The position numbers and the translations under genes were made by a program. From assembly GCF_000143415.4 (NCBI RefSeq), contig NW_003314331.1:731169-795168 (forward strand): a stretch of 64,000 bases of DNA, in the 5' to 3' direction. The notes beneath the pieces are model-generated. The model was not told the DNA's origin. It saw nothing but the letters and a program-made list of their open reading frames with translations, and searched no databases. The stretch is from Selaginella moellendorffii (lineage: Eukaryota; Plantae; Lycopodiophyta). Positions 1 to 14,041 of this stretch are shown piece by piece; position 1 is the first letter of the stretch, and each line of letters starts with the position of its first letter.

Positions 1-1796
1 TTTTTCCTGTATGGAGCAGCAATCACATGTCAATAGTATTGGTGATCATGTTAAAGGACCTTTAAAGCTCCAGGCTCGAGAAAGTATAAAAGTCCTCAGA
101 TTTGACTTACATATGTGAGACTGAGTCCAGCATTCTCAATAGCCTCACCTAGAAAGAAAATGAGAAGGATGCATTCTAGAAGAAAATAATATGGAAAATA
201 AGCAAAGCAAGCATAATTGTTTTGTTCATCACTGGAGAAAGAAATTAAGTACACATAAGGAAACACAAAGACTGTGTATTTGTTTCAAGAGGTGGTGTTT
301 CTTAATAAATATATAAATATAAATAAGTAATATGTTTATAAAAATAAATATCCTTTAGCTTTTTACACTTCTAGGATACTACATAATCAAAGACCTCTGG
401 CTAAAGCATGGATTGAATCTCTAGTTTACTATACTCTTATTATACACCATCCTCCCCTCTGGATGGTATAAAAGATTATATATATCTAATATAATAAGCC
501 ATCATGCAACTAGATCCATAGGGCAATACTTTGTGTCGATTGTAGAAGTCCTTGCAACCTTAGGAATGCTATAAATCAGCAGCCCTTGCTCACCAATCCA
601 TGTGCTATGTTCATTCCCCAAGACCATTTTGTTTTAATCCTCATTTTTCTACCTCAATTCTGAATTTTCATTTTTTTGATAAAAAAGTGCTTCCATTATT
701 AAGTTTCATTAACAATCAAATAGTCTTATATATCTTTATATTCACCTCATAAAAACCATTAGTCACTATAGCCCATTCTACAGTTGCACACTTTGCCCTT
801 TAACAATGTGACTGGATGGCTTTAAGGGTCATCAACACAGATGTTTAGTGAGATATATGTTCCTAACATTAATATAAATTATGTTCTCACTACATAATAA
901 GGGATCTAGATCATCTATTTTCTCTTCTCGATATGCCTTATCATTAAGATAGATCTAACATTGGATCAGAAGGGTTAGTGATCTTATTCATATTGTGATG
1001 ATTGATAAAATTATCAACCTTAATTAAAATGAATTTTATAATTATATATGTGAGTGCTTGGAATATAAGAATAGCCCCTGCTTATATACAAAAATGGATG
1101 GACTAGATTCAATCCCAAATGAACAATCAATATGCTATAGTACTATAATTAGTTATACACACATATATTTACAAACCTTATACTATCCTCCCCTCTAGAA
1201 GATGACAATAAGTTAAGTGGAACATTTGGAACTTTTGCTAAGCAATTACAAACTACTATAAAACCATTAACAAAGTTGTTGACAACTATGACTAAAACAA
1301 AACCCAAAGCCATGGCATAAATATTAGTTGATTACGAAATCCTGATACACCAATTGTAACTCCATGTGCAACTGCCAAATGTTTAAATCAATCATAAAGA
1401 TATAACTTTGAACCAAAGTAAGGGACTTTGAGAACCACTGTAGTTTATAAAATGCTATTGTAGCAAACAATACATCTTGCCTTCAAAGTTGCTTGCTAAT
1501 AATCCTCTGAAACAATTGTTAACTCAGACTCATAACTATAAGTAGAACCTGCCTCTATATCTTCTATTCGGTTAACATCTAACACTTATGTTAACTTAGA
1601 TTTACAACTTTCGTCCTTATTTAACACTGCATATAGGAGGTTGCATTCACTCTATTCATCCTTCACATCCTTTTTATCCCCTTCTCGAGGGAAAAAAAAT
1701 TTCTGAAGTACTAGCTCTATTTGGACTCACTACACTTGTCCTTACTTTATTATTTATATTCAACCTCACTTCACTATTGCATCTATGCAATTTCAC

Positions 1797-1933
1797 TACG
1801 TCAAAATTGGATATTCCATTCAGACTCACTGTATTCATCTTCATTCCACATATTGTTTGTCCTTACGTCAAAATTGAATATTCCATTCGGACTCACTATA
1901 TTCATCTTCATTCCACATATTGTTTGTCCTTAC
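1797..1933. repeat. 67-bp tandem repeat, about 2 copies
   Basis: TACGTCAAAATTG(G/A)ATATTCCATTC...TTGTTTGTCCT recurs at 1797 and 1864. Confidence 0.85.
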
Positions 1934-2052
1934 TTCACTATTGTATCCACTTGTTTTTACTCCATCATCAGGTTGAACTCCCATCCATCCTTTTTACCCC
2001 CTCCTCCGAAGAAAAAAAGCTTGAAATGTTAGAGAAAAAAGGAGAAAATGAG

Positions 2053-2156
2053 NNNNNNNNNNNNNNNNNNNNNNNNNNNNNNNNNNNNNNNNNNNNNNNN
2101 NNNNNNNNNNNNNNNNNNNNNNNNNNNNNNNNNNNNNNNNNNNNNNNNNNNNNNNN
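2053..2156. other. Assembly gap (N run)
   Basis: Run of N. Confidence 1.
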
Positions 2157-4071
2157 GGAATATATGCTTAAAACTTGGAAAATAAAAGACTTCCTATAAT
2201 AAAATACTTCAGCCACTACAATATAAGTAAATAATTCATACCACTTAACCTCCTCAACATACAATTCAATACTTGAGATGGGAAAATTAATAATAATATC
2301 CACACTCTCAAGGGAATACATAAACTCTTTAACAATAATGGGCTCTTAACAACACTAATAAATGGGGACACAATTTAAAATTCTGGCCAAAGTGATTCCA
2401 ACCCTTAGAACATGGGAATACTTAATACTAGAATTGATTAAAGACTTTGTCAACAAAACAAAAGAAAAATTCTCAACTTCATGCACATACTCAACATCTA
2501 GATTAGTATAAAACACTCAATTCAACACTAGACTAAAAATGAGAATCATAAGAGTAAAAAATAATTGATATGTTAGAAAAAAGAAATATTGCAAAGGAGG
2601 AAGGAACACTAAAAACATAAAAAAGTGGCTTAGGCCGAGAAATAAGAAAAGGTTGGGAAAGAGTAAAAGGTAAAAAAAAAAGATCATGTGGCAAATTAAA
2701 GAATTAACATCTACCCCTCAAAATCTTCATTTCATCTTTAAAGCTATTTTATAATAATCAAACTCATCATCACAATCCGAAATCCACTCAAGTTCATATA
2801 TATTGTCTTTGTATAAACTCAATCCTCAAACATTCTTCAAAAACTTGTGCATCTTCTATAGTTTGCCAATTGATGTCATGATCACACTCTATATCAACAT
2901 GAGATGGCAAAACACCAAGAAGAGAATAAGTTGTGTAATCATGTCCCACAGAAGTTAGAGACGGTAACACACCAAAAATGGACATAACACCAATATAATC
3001 ACACTTCATAGCATTAAAAGTTCAATCTAACAAAGTAACATTAGCAACCTCAAATGACATATTCCTTAATTGATGATAGTGTAGCATGGTAGAAAAAGAG
3101 ATGCAATGAAGATCAGAAGAAAAAGTAGATTTAAAGACAACAATAGCTAAAATTTTAAAACTTGCAAAAAGTTAATACAAATCTAGATTTAATAAAAAAA
3201 TAAAGAAATAAGAACAAAAATCACAATCCCGAACAAAAAATACAATCCCAAACACTAAAGAAAAGCATTGCTAAAACATTTTGCCTTTTAGGGAGAAATT
3301 GCAATGCCTCTCATCTCCACTAATGTGAGTGCTTAGGATATAAGAATAGGGTATATTAATTATGCTTATATATAAGAATGGATGGACTAGATTCAATCCT
3401 GAATGGATAATCAATATGCTATAATACCATAATTAGTGTATTACTTAGCCAGGGTAATACATATATATACACGCATGTATTTACCGACTTTACATATAGA
3501 ACAAATTTTTAATTTTTTGAATAATAACCATTAATAATTTATAATTTTAGCAAGATTACCAAAAACGCTTAAACTGGGGTATTTCTTCAGTTTCCAAGAG
3601 CCAAGGAATCCAACATTGATTAGGTTAAATCCTTGAATTTTATTTCACCCTGTCACCAAAAGATCAAATCAAGGGTTAGAAACATGAGAGAAACTTAGAA
3701 GGAAGATCTGAAAGTCTCATGAACTTTAAAAGTCAATGATTGAGGTTTTTACAAGAAGCTGTGATCGCATTGAAAGTGTCTCTGTAAGCCATCGCCTTTT
3801 GTGACAACTAATTCTGTCAACAATCCAAAGATTTTAGGAACCCCACTATGTCCACTTGTGTTGCTGATAAGTTGGCTTTAACGACATCACCACTGGATGC
3901 ACCACTTTGCAAAATAATGTTGTTCTATTCTTTTTGTTGCATTGGCTGTTGATAAATTACACGAGAAGGAAACACTAATCACACCAGAACAAACTTATAA
4001 ATATCCTATAATATACCTAGATTCTTGGTATATTCCTTACACGCAATTTGAAATCTAGGGCTTAAGTGTTT

Positions 4072-5825
4072 ATGGCGTGCCACGGGCTCACGCCCTTCGA
4101 ATCGAACGAGCTGTCCAGCACGGCGGACCTGGTCTCTCCAGAAGAGGTAGCTACACCCGATCGATCTTTGCGATCTTAGCCAGGAATGCAGGTGAGGGCA
4201 AGGATCGAGGTCGTTGTCCGGCGATTCTTGGCCACTTTGATCTCTCATCGGCCCAGGATTATGCCGCTTTCCATGGCAAGATTTTCTTTCCCAGGTCCTT
4301 TAACGCAGCGAAGTGCTTGATTGTTGAATCTATCTCCAGGTCCGGAGGAATTGTAGCAACGTTTTGATGCAAAGGGGGCTACTGCAAGGCGATAACATCT
4401 TCCTGTCGCATCTAGACTCGACCCTGAGCTTCACAAAATCCGGGAGCATGAAGAGATACTTTCGAGGTAGTAACTTCCTTTCGCTTGCTTTTCTCTATGG
4501 TTTTCTCTTTTTGATTTTTCCTCTACAGTTTGGAAAATGCTGGAGCTCTGCTACCAGCTTCTTACGCTTGGCAAGAAAGCTACACAGCGGGAGATTTTCT
4601 ACAGGCTTCTTTGCGACGCATCCGAGTACTTCCAGTGCCAGGAGCAAGTTAACAAAACCATCCGAGGCAGAGTTTAGTTTTTCTTAGCTGCTGGAGATGG
4701 CTGAAGCGAGAAAGCGAAAACTATGCACGCAGATGTGGTGGGAATCCTGAAATGCAGCCGCTACAGCCTGGGAATCCTCGCGTCAGCTAGAGGAGCTATC
4801 GTTGGTCGACTTGTCATTCAGGTACACCACGAGTTTGCCGGACATTTTTGTTTTGTTTCCATTCTTTCTCTCGTCAGGAACTCAACAGGGAACCTGTCGA
4901 CTGCACGAAGATTGGCATCAATGGCTACATAATCGATGGCGACTTGGAGCTGCTGCAGAACTTGACGCTTACATCCGATGCTCGATACATTCTCGTGATT
5001 GAGAAGGTAACTTTGCAAACAAATCGAGGCTTTAGGCTCGCTAAACTTCTTCCTTCTTTTTCCTTTTGTACAGGATGCCGTGTTCCAGCGGCTTTCAGAG
5101 GACCGATTCTTTCAGACCATCCCAAGCATACTGATCACGGCAAAAGGATACCCCGACCTTGCATCAAGGTGAAGAGATTGATGTGATTTCATGGCTTTTC
5201 TGATTTTCATCCTTGTTGTAGTACAGGGTCATGCTTCACAAGCTCCACAGAAGCTTCCCACTTCTGCCTATACTCGCACTGGTCGACTGGTACGTTCTGT
5301 CCATTTGGCAATGGAAATCTTTGCATTTTTTTTCTTTCCAGGAATCCTTGCGGCCTGGGAATTATTTGCACATACAAGTTTGGAAGCGTGGGAATGGGAC
5401 TCGAAGCTCCTCATTACGGTACCAAAGCTTTCATTCGTTCTTTTTTTTTCTCTCTAGAAACAGAACATTCTTGCAGTGTGCGACGTCAAGTGGCTGGGTG
5501 TAAGCAGCGAGGATCTTCCTCGCATCACTCCGGAATATTTCGTGGAGCTCTCCGCTCGCGATCGTCAGCTTGCGAAAGGCTTGATTTCGTCGGCAATGCT
5601 CCAGGTGAAAGTTTAACAGTTTTTTCTCTCGCTCAAGGACTGATAGTTTGCTTTTGCTTTGTTGCTTTGCGTTTAACGCATTAGAACCATCCTCGCTACA
5701 GGGAAGAATTGGAACGAATGATCCAAGCCGGCAAACGCGTGGAAATAGAAGCGCTCTACGCTCACGGCTACAAATCTTTGAGCGGCTACGTCGCCCAGAA
5801 GATCGTCCAGATGAGATACTTTTGA
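4072..5825 (+). CDS. SPO11-2: Meiotic recombination protein SPO11-2 (topoisomerase VI subunit A family), about 11 exons
   Basis: Spliced translation: MACHG...SPEE|VRARIEVVV...PLSM|VRRNCSN...KRYFR|VWKMLELCYQLLTLGKKATQREIFYRLLCD...NKTIR|DVVGILKCSRYSLGILASARG...YILVIEK|DAVFQRL...ITAKGYPDLAS...LVDW|NPCG...KRVEIEAL...VQMRYF*. It contains the catalytic Tyr (REIFY) and Toprim motifs, and is colinear with plant SPO11-2 as recalled. Stop at 5823-5825. Confidence 0.92.
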
Positions 5826-6008
5826 TAGAGAGGAAGTTCTGTCTTGATAGAGGAAGCTCTGTTTTTAGGGTTCATGATAGAGCACGGCCTTTGGATTTTC
5901 CATGAATAACTTTGCCCATCATCTTATCTCGAGCTCTCTTCTATATTTAAGAAGCCCCAATCTCTACCTAGGGCTCTATTTTTTCTTCCTCTTCGCTTCG
6001 TTGGCGCC

Positions 6009-7956
6009 ATGGCGAGCGTCTTTGATCCAGCAACGGGAATTTACTCCAGCTGCCGCCCCGCATTGTCGATGCCATCGCCCGGTGCCACAGGAGGAATCGT
6101 CCAGTTCTTGCTGGAGCGCACCAGCGATCCAGGGATTTCGAGCAAGCTGGCGCTAGTCGACGCGATCACGGGCGAGAGGGTGACATTCTCGCAGCTCCGG
6201 CGCAGGATCTCCGTGATTGCGCAGGGATTGATCGAGCTGGGGGTCCGCCGGGGCGACGTCGTGCTCATCCTGAGCCCGAATTCCATCCAGTTCGTGGAAT
6301 CCTTCCTCGCGGTGATATTCGTCGGCGCGATCCTCACGACGGTGAATCCTCTCAACACCGCGGAAGAAATCGCCAAGCAGGCCAGGGATTCCTCCCCTAG
6401 CCTCGTCATCACGACGCTGGAGCTCGCGGACAAGGTCCAGCGTCTCGATCTTCCCAGCGTCATCATCGATCATCGCGATGGCTCGGTTCTTCCTCCAAGA
6501 TCCATTCCCTACTCGTCGCTGCTGCGAGAATCGCCGATATTTCGAGCCGGATCATCGATGTCGGCGCCGATCGAGTCGAATCTCGATGACACAGTGGCGC
6601 TCCTCTACTCCTCTGGCACGACTGGCGTGAGCAAGGGCGTGATGCTGTCGCACAGGAACTTCCTCGCGGCGGCCGGGCAAGTGAACATGGATGCCGAGAT
6701 GGAGGGCCGGGAGAACGATGTCCTGCTCGTCATGCTGCCACTCTTCCACATCTTTGGCCTCGCCGTGAGCTACGCGTCACTCCAGAGGTCCGAGACGGTG
6801 GTGATCCTGCCAAGGTTTGAGTTCCTCCATTTCCTCAAGAGCATCCAGGATTTTAGGGTTACGCAGCTCCCGCTCGTCCCGCCAGTGGCGATCGCGCTCG
6901 CCAAGCATGCCGCGGTCGCCGATTACGACCTCTCCTCCATCAAGAATGTCATCTCTGGCGCTGCGCCTCTGGGCAAGGAGATCATGGAGACGTGCTCTCG
7001 CCGCCTCCCTCTCGCGGATATCCGACAGGTACTCTCTTTTTTTTTCTCAGCGGTGGTTTGCTGAGATCTTCGAATTTGCTTCAGGGCTATGGCCTGACTG
7101 AATCGACTGGATTGGCACTGCTCACACTTCCTAGAGAAGATCCACGATTCATGGGCGCAGCTGGGACTTTGGTATCTGGAACCGAGGCCATGGTGGTGGA
7201 TCCGGAGACATGCAAGCCTGTCCCTCCTCAAAAATCTGGAGAACTTTGGCTGAGGGGTCAACAAATCATGAAAGGTGAGGTTCGAGCTCCACTCTCACAT
7301 TCCCTTTTGGACTAAGACCCTTGTCTTTTCTAATAGGCTATTTAAACAATCCAACAGCGACAGCCTCGACGATTGACAAGAATGGGTGGCTCCACACCGG
7401 AGACCTCGTCTACGTCAATCAAGGACGGTTCTTTGTCCTGGACAGGATGAAAGAGCTCATCAAGTACAAGGGATTCCAAGTATGTTATTCTATGTTTTTT
7501 TCACTTTCTCTCGCATACAATTGCTTATAAGCGATGGAAATCTCGCAGGTCGCCCCGGCTGAATTGGAAGCATTGCTACTGTCTCATCCTTCGCTCCTGG
7601 ACGCTGCAGTAGTCCCGTGAGTGTCAATCCAAAGCTTCTCTCGAGTTTTTCTCTTGTAACCATTGTGTTTTTTCTTGGCCAGTCTCGCAGACGAAGAGGC
7701 GGGTCAAGTGCCAATAGCATATGTCGTGAAGAAACCCAACGCCACCGTGGATGAATCCAACGTCCTAAACTTCATTGCCAAACAAGTAAACCTCCATTTC
7801 TTTCTACCGCAAACCTTGGATTCTACGCTTTGTGCTGTCCAGGTAGCTCCCTACAAGCGATTGAGACGCGTTTCTTTCATCGACGCGATCCCAAAGTCAG
7901 CAGCGGGGAAGATTTTGCGTCGCGAGCTAACAGCGCTCCCACAATCCAAGCTTTAA
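6009..7956 (+). CDS. 4-coumarate-CoA ligase-like / OPCL-type peroxisomal acyl-activating enzyme, 6 exons
   Basis: AMP-binding motif [12 protein letters not shown], plus [29 protein letters not shown] and [13 protein letters not shown]-terminal SKL is a PTS1 signal. Short GT-AG introns. Confidence 0.93.
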
Positions 7957-8511
7957 GACACAAAAAAACGCGAAAAAGGAGGTACGCCGTTTCGTTAGTT
8001 AGGGCGACGCGAAGAAAGTATGTCCAAGGTGAGGGTGAGCGTTTTCCTGGCGAGCGGACACCACAAGCTCCACAAGTTCAAGCCCCCCGGTGCGATGCGA
8101 GCTCGTTGTCTCGCGCCTCGATAAGCTCTAAGGCGTGGGGGATTTGTGCGACGAGGATGGCGATTCCATCGTCGACACTGCCGAGTTGGGCATTTATTAC
8201 CCCTACACTGTGGTGCAGGCGCTCATACACGAGATCCTGGATAAAGGCTGCTGCTTCTACGACCACTGACCTATAAAACCAAACAAAGCGCGCGCGGGAA
8301 ATCGCTTCGAGATTTTAAACAAAAGTTTAAAACTTTGAATTTGAAGGTGTTTGGCGCGCTTGGATAAATAAAAGTATATTCTCTAGTGTTATTTCGAATT
8401 TGACCGCGAGGAGCGAAAGCGGGTTGTTCTCTCTCGCATGAATTGGTGGCGTATTTTGTCATCACCGGCTGGAAGATCTCCATATCCGAATAAATTGGCG
8501 TAGTTTTGTCA

Positions 8512-11316
8512 TCACCGGCTGGAAGATCTCCAAATCCGACCCTCGAGAGACACCACCATAACCGACAGATCGTCGTGGTACTTCCTTCGATCGCCCTGAG
8601 GGATGTCTAGCAAATCGTGGAACTCCATGCCTGGCAGTATAGAACTCACATCAAAACTATTGGAAAACACGCTGCTTGATTCGATCACTTACCGGCCTTT
8701 CTGGCTGCGCGGAAGAGAACCTCCTCGATCAAATACTGGGCGGGGTCGCCGTCCGGGAACTTGTCCATGAACCATTCCACGTAAGAAACCACCTCGTCGT
8801 TGGTGAGGTACTGGTAAAGCCCGTCCGATGACAAGACTAGGAATTGGTCTTGCGGGCAGAGCTTATGGTGGTGGAGATGTGGTATGCACGATATGTAGGG
8901 AGCGCTCCCCACAAATTGGACGCGAAACACCTCCAGCAATGTATCGTTCCACTTTGGCTGCATCAAACAAAACAGAAAGTATGAATACCCTGTTGGAAAA
9001 AGAAGAAAAGAAAAAGAGAGAAAAGATACTAACCTGTTTGAGATACCCAGCGCCAAACGCTCGAGTGACTGCCAGCTTCCCCTTGACACGGTCGTTCACA
9101 ATCGACGACGTATCATCCGGATGCGCGGATCGTATCTTCCCTGCTTCCTGGAAGCAAAGAAAGGAGCAACCAAACCGTCAGCCAGAGCGGCAGGGAATAT
9201 AATCGCCTGTCCTCACCTCTGGAACGCGTGTGCTGTGGTCGAGAGAAAGCTGCAACGCGCCCAGCGTTGCCGAAACAGGGGGAGGCCCCGCTGCGTCGTC
9301 GCCCGCGCCGTGCGCTTCAAACGCCGCCAGCTCCATGGGCGTCTCCTCCACAATCCTCTCGAGCTCCAGGTCCTGGCTTCCGGGCCTCTGCCTTGCCGAG
9401 CTCTCAAAAGTAACGGCCTTCCTGTGCTGTGCTAAAACAGCGCGACTATCCCCAACGTTCAATATGTACACGTCCTCGTCCTTCATCAGCATCACCAGAA
9501 CGCACGAGCCGATGAGAGCCAGCTCCGGGTTCTCCTCGAACATCTCGTCGATCATGTCCAAGTAGGACTCCTCCGTGGCCTCCAAGGCCCGCGCCAGCGC
9601 CTTGAGGACCGCAGCGTGATTTACAGCACCCCTCCCATGCAGCCTCTGCCGCTGCTCCTCCCGCTCCTTCTCCGACTTTATTCTCTCCTGCTCCCACTCG
9701 TACCTATACTGAAGAATCCGCCGCTGGTTCATCCGCTTCCGCCTATTGTAAACCTTCCTGAATCTAGTGCTAAGCGACCGCATGTTGATCGGCTTGACTG
9801 TAGCGGCGTGATGATCACCAGCTGGCCCGTTTGCTTGACCAGCTGTACCATTTGGCTTAGTGCCGCCGTCTTCATTCCTCTGACACAGAGACCCGCAACC
9901 ATCGCCAGCTTTGCACCCAAACCTTTCGCAGTCAAGCTCATTGACGTCAATCCCGTTGACAGAGCCATTGTGCGCATCCCACCTACGGATTTCTGCTCCA
10001 AGGTCAGACACTTTAGCCTGACTTAATCCACGAGAATCTACCCGCTGCAGATGATCATCATCCCCGTTGCTAGTCGCGTGGTTTTCGTTTTCCTCTTCCT
10101 TCTGCTCGCCTGGAGCTTCCAGCTTTCTCTCCGCCAGATTGTGATCAACTTTGGACGTCGGTCTCCTGTGCCGCGGCGGGAGCTGGAACGCCTTCTTCTG
10201 ATCCCAAAGCAGCCCCTTAAGCTCCCTGTAAATCGCGGGATAAAGATTGCTCATAAGGTAGTCTGTAGCGTCCGGTCCACTGAACCCGTCGTATATGCCA
10301 ACGAACAGCCATCCATGTTCCTCTGATAGGACAACATGAACTCTATCTTCACCAGCTTTCCCTTGAGCCCAGTGAAGGTTATGGCTCTCAATTCCGTCTG
10401 CGTCGGAAAATTCCCCGTTTGATTGCGGGGAATCCAGAAAGGACCTCAGATCCCTCCGCTCGTCGCCGTTACCTGTTCTTGTCTCCCTGGACGCGAAGCT
10501 CTTCATAGGCGCCACCACTGACCTGTTCGTGCGTGTCAAATTCGAAACTGTTCTCGTGAGAGCCTTCTTCACGGGATCCCCAACCGTCTTCATGATCCTG
10601 GCCAGGGATTTCCTGCGCTTTCTCATGTAAGCCGACATTGGAACCGCCAGTGGAGCCGAGAAGGTGGTGCGGTCGACCGGCTCAAACGGACCAGAGTTGT
10701 AAGCCCTGTCCAGAGGGCCGGACATGAACCCCCGCTCTATCGGACCCGACATGAATCCCCGCTCAAGAGGACCCGACCCCGAGACAAATCCTCCCCTTTC
10801 GAGAGGACCCGAGCACGGTCCAGAGAGAGGCCCCGACATAGGCCCCGAGAACGAGACACCCCGCGGGATAGGCTGCAACGGGAGAGCACTGAACGACGGC
10901 GTGCTCTCGAAGGTCGCTGCCCGCTCGTTGGCGAAACAATTGTTAAACTGTTCGTGGTAGACGATCGAGCGCGGAGCCGCTGTATTGGCACTCACGGAAG
11001 CCCCCGAGATGCTCTTGAAGGAAGTCTCCGAGATGCTCTTGGGCTTCTCGGTTCCAGATTCCTGCTGCTGCTGGAGCTGCTGCTGTAGTGGGTCTTGACC
11101 TTGATTGTCCGATCCAATGCTGCTCGAGTCATGATTGAATTCGGCATCCCCAGCTTCGCCGGGCGACAAGTCGTCGAGGGAATCCACCACGGGCCGGACG
11201 TAGCAAAAGGAATGGCCCAGCCCCTCATCCAGCGGATCCGTGAACAGTGCCGCCACTGCATCGTGCTGGCTCTTGGGAACGAAGCAGCAAACCACTCGCG
11301 ACACACTGTTGCCCAT
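8512..11316 (-). CDS. Protein phosphatase 2C, POLTERGEIST/PLL clade, 4 exons
   Basis: N-terminus [12 protein letters not shown] is a myristoylation/palmitoylation-type start. SGP(L/I)(E/D)RG repeats. PP2C motifs [36 protein letters not shown] and YHDDLSV. Ends [10 protein letters not shown]. Confidence 0.93.
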
Positions 11317-14041
11317 CACATTCTCCTCCTCGAGTAGCCTCCCACTCCTCTGTCCAAGCCTGCTACTAGAAACCCACTGCTCGGCCAATCCCCCTCTTGG
11401 ATAGAAGCAATAAAGGTGGAGGATCCCAACATACTGACCCCTTTGTGCCTTCCTATAGCCCGCGAAGCCCCTGGGATCGTGTCTCGTGCAGATGCCACGA
11501 AGAAGACGAAGTCGAGGGAGTAGCGCTCACTGCCAGCGGGGGCTGTTGACGAAGCCGAGTAGTCGTTCTTGGCGGGCCCATTGGAGCGAGTGGATCCCAG
11601 CAGCAACCTAAGTCCCACAGATCTTCCACATCGAATGCTCGAGCCGAGCCAAGCATGCCAGTGCTGCCGCTGCCAATCATCCCCGACGAGGCACCGACAG
11701 TCGCATCAGAGCTAGAGAGGAGGCGAAAAGGACCCCGAAATACCTCGATTCTCGCGACGGCGCCGCTCGAATCCGCGCCCGCGCGGCGCGTATCGATCGA
11801 TCGCGAGTGAGAGCAGCGGTACCTCTTCTGGACGCGCAATCGCCTCGGCGCTGGCGTCGGGAGGGATCCAGCATCGATATTTCGGGGCGCCGCCGCCGAT
11901 CCGCGCGACCGATCGATCCGGCCAAACCCTGGGCGCCAAGAACACGAAGAAGTAAAACAAGGGCAATGAAGACGCAATGAAGGCAACTAAGAACACTTGA
12001 AGTTTCCACCGTGAGTGAGAGCGCAAGAAAGAAAAAAAAGAAAAAAATAAAATGGGTAAAAACAATGAAAATAATAAAAAGGATGACCGGCCGGTCATTT
12101 GATTTTTCCCGCCGGACGTCCACGTGTCAGGCGGCAGTAGACTTTTAGCGGGCTCGTGGTCAAACGCGTACGGCCGGGCCACTTTTTTTGCGCCATCGCG
12201 GGACAAAACCATGTAATGTAGTATAGTTCCATAGGGTCGTACGGCAGCAGTGGCCAGTATACTTTGGAGGCTTGCGTTGCGTCCCTACAGAAAATATTGG
12301 CGCTGGTTTGTCGTGGTTTTGGTCGCGTTGTGTAAAGTCCTGGGTTGAATATTCGACTGGAGAACTTTTGTCAAAGCAAACCAAATCCGTGAGGGGCGAT
12401 GCATTCACACACACACTCGCTACATTGATATTGATCTATAGTTGTGTGTGAGAATAGGAAAATATTAGGTCCGGACGAAGGAGGAGATCACAATCACGAT
12501 TCCAATCACTCGCTCACGATCGTCATCCTTTTTTGTTGCGACTTAGAAAAATCATATCCACGGACCACGCCCGTGTTTAATCCAATTCTCCCCAAACATG
12601 CAAAGACGAGGAAGACGACGATGGACTAGTCCTGTGCCACTTTCTCAAACACACTTAAACCTTTTTCTTCCACCACTTTCTCCAAACACCCAGCAAAAAA
12701 ATAAGAATAAAAATACTTTTTTATATCAGAAGAAAAAACGAATATGCCTCCACCAACGTAGTCCTCCAGTGGTGGAAAATTATAAAACCAACTTGTCAAG
12801 CAAAGCCAATGCTTGCTAATGTCATGCTTGTGACGAGCTCTGTGTGAGTAGGAAAGTCAACGCAGCTATCATTTTTTTTCCTTCGAGCGCGCGTTACAAA
12901 AAGTCAACCCACACACTGGATTCTAGAATGTCTGGGTTGACCCACCACCACCACCAAACTCCCACTAATCCGATGTTAACTCCGCATTATCTCCATGCTT
13001 AATGAACACGTTGACACCGCCACCACGAAACACGCGATTTCTCTCCGTGGCCATCGCGAGAAAAAAAAAAAAAAAAAGCTTTCATGTTCTATGTAACAGC
13101 GCGGCTTCTCAAGAGACGCTTGGCAGGAACTCGAGCGAGGGTCTTGACTTTTTGGGATCCCGGATTGACGTCCAAAATCTCGCCTGCAGTCCTGGAAAAA
13201 AAAGCTGTGATGGAGATGAGATCTCTCCGTCCAGCAAAGTCAAGGGTGTAGCTGAGACTTAGAACAATCGCGACAAACTGGATCAAACTTGCGAGGAGCT
13301 TATATGTCAAACTTACGAGCGCGACTTTTCTGGAACGAAGAAGAGCAAGAAAATAGAAAAAAAACCCAGATGTGATCGGATCGAATAGCGAGGTGGCAGA
13401 GCCTAGACAGCGACTTCTCATCCGTTTTGGTTTCGTATCTCTCACTCCTATTGAGTCGAATGAAAGTTTTCCTCGCGTACCTTCCGCTTTCGTTTCGTAG
13501 AAAAGCGCCCAGCTTCTTCCCCGTGTTTGGATTCATGTCAAAAATCTCCTCCTCGTTTATCAAGCCCTGCGTGTGCAAATGTCAACCAAAGAAAACGAGC
13601 GAGAAACAAAAAATAATCCAAGAGAAAACCAAGGACGCATTTGCTGTAATACATCGCGACTCAAAACAGTAATAGCTATGGATCCATCTACATGGGGCCA
13701 CCTCCAATACAACGCAACCAACAACACACAATGTCAACTTCAATAGCACAAATGCTCCAAGGAAAACATATTTGTTGTTTTCTATCTCCCCAGTCAAACA
13801 AGTGCCACCTACCAGCCATTCATTCATGAAAAAAAGGCCAAAACAGAGTCCAGAGAACCAAAAAGCCAAAACACCCGAGTCAACCCGCGCATTCAATGCG
13901 ATCCAAAGTTTTATGTCTGAGCCTTTGCGAGCTAATGCGCTGCTACTGCTACTCTAGCTCACGACGAACACAGAGAGATCAGAGCACACGCAACAGCAAG
14001 AGCAAACAGGGGCATGGAACTTGCCTGGCCGCGGTGTCCTT

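Larger units (their letters stand above)
1049..3494. repeat. Degenerate direct-repeat pair (about 1049-1182 and 3324-3494), possibly short LTR relics
   Basis: Both copies begin TGTGAGTGCTT and share GGATGGACTAGATTCAATCC...ATCAATATGCTATA. The left copy is followed by CTATCCTCCCCTCTAGA (PPT-like on the minus strand). There is no convincing TSD, and an N gap lies between the copies. Confidence 0.4.

Noticed and set aside
1721-2321. ORFs spanning the tandem repeat and N gap
   Set aside because: Artefacts of the repeat and the gap; no recognisable protein.
11317-11388. N-terminal extension of the PP2C ORF from the ORF track (MAEQWV...)
   Set aside because: It starts at a non-ATG codon. The family-typical MGN..CC start at 11316 is more credible.
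11453-12212. Overlapping 100-177 aa ORFs upstream of PP2C as conserved uORFs
   Set aside because: GC-rich leader sequence with no recognisable peptide; cannot be supported without homologues.
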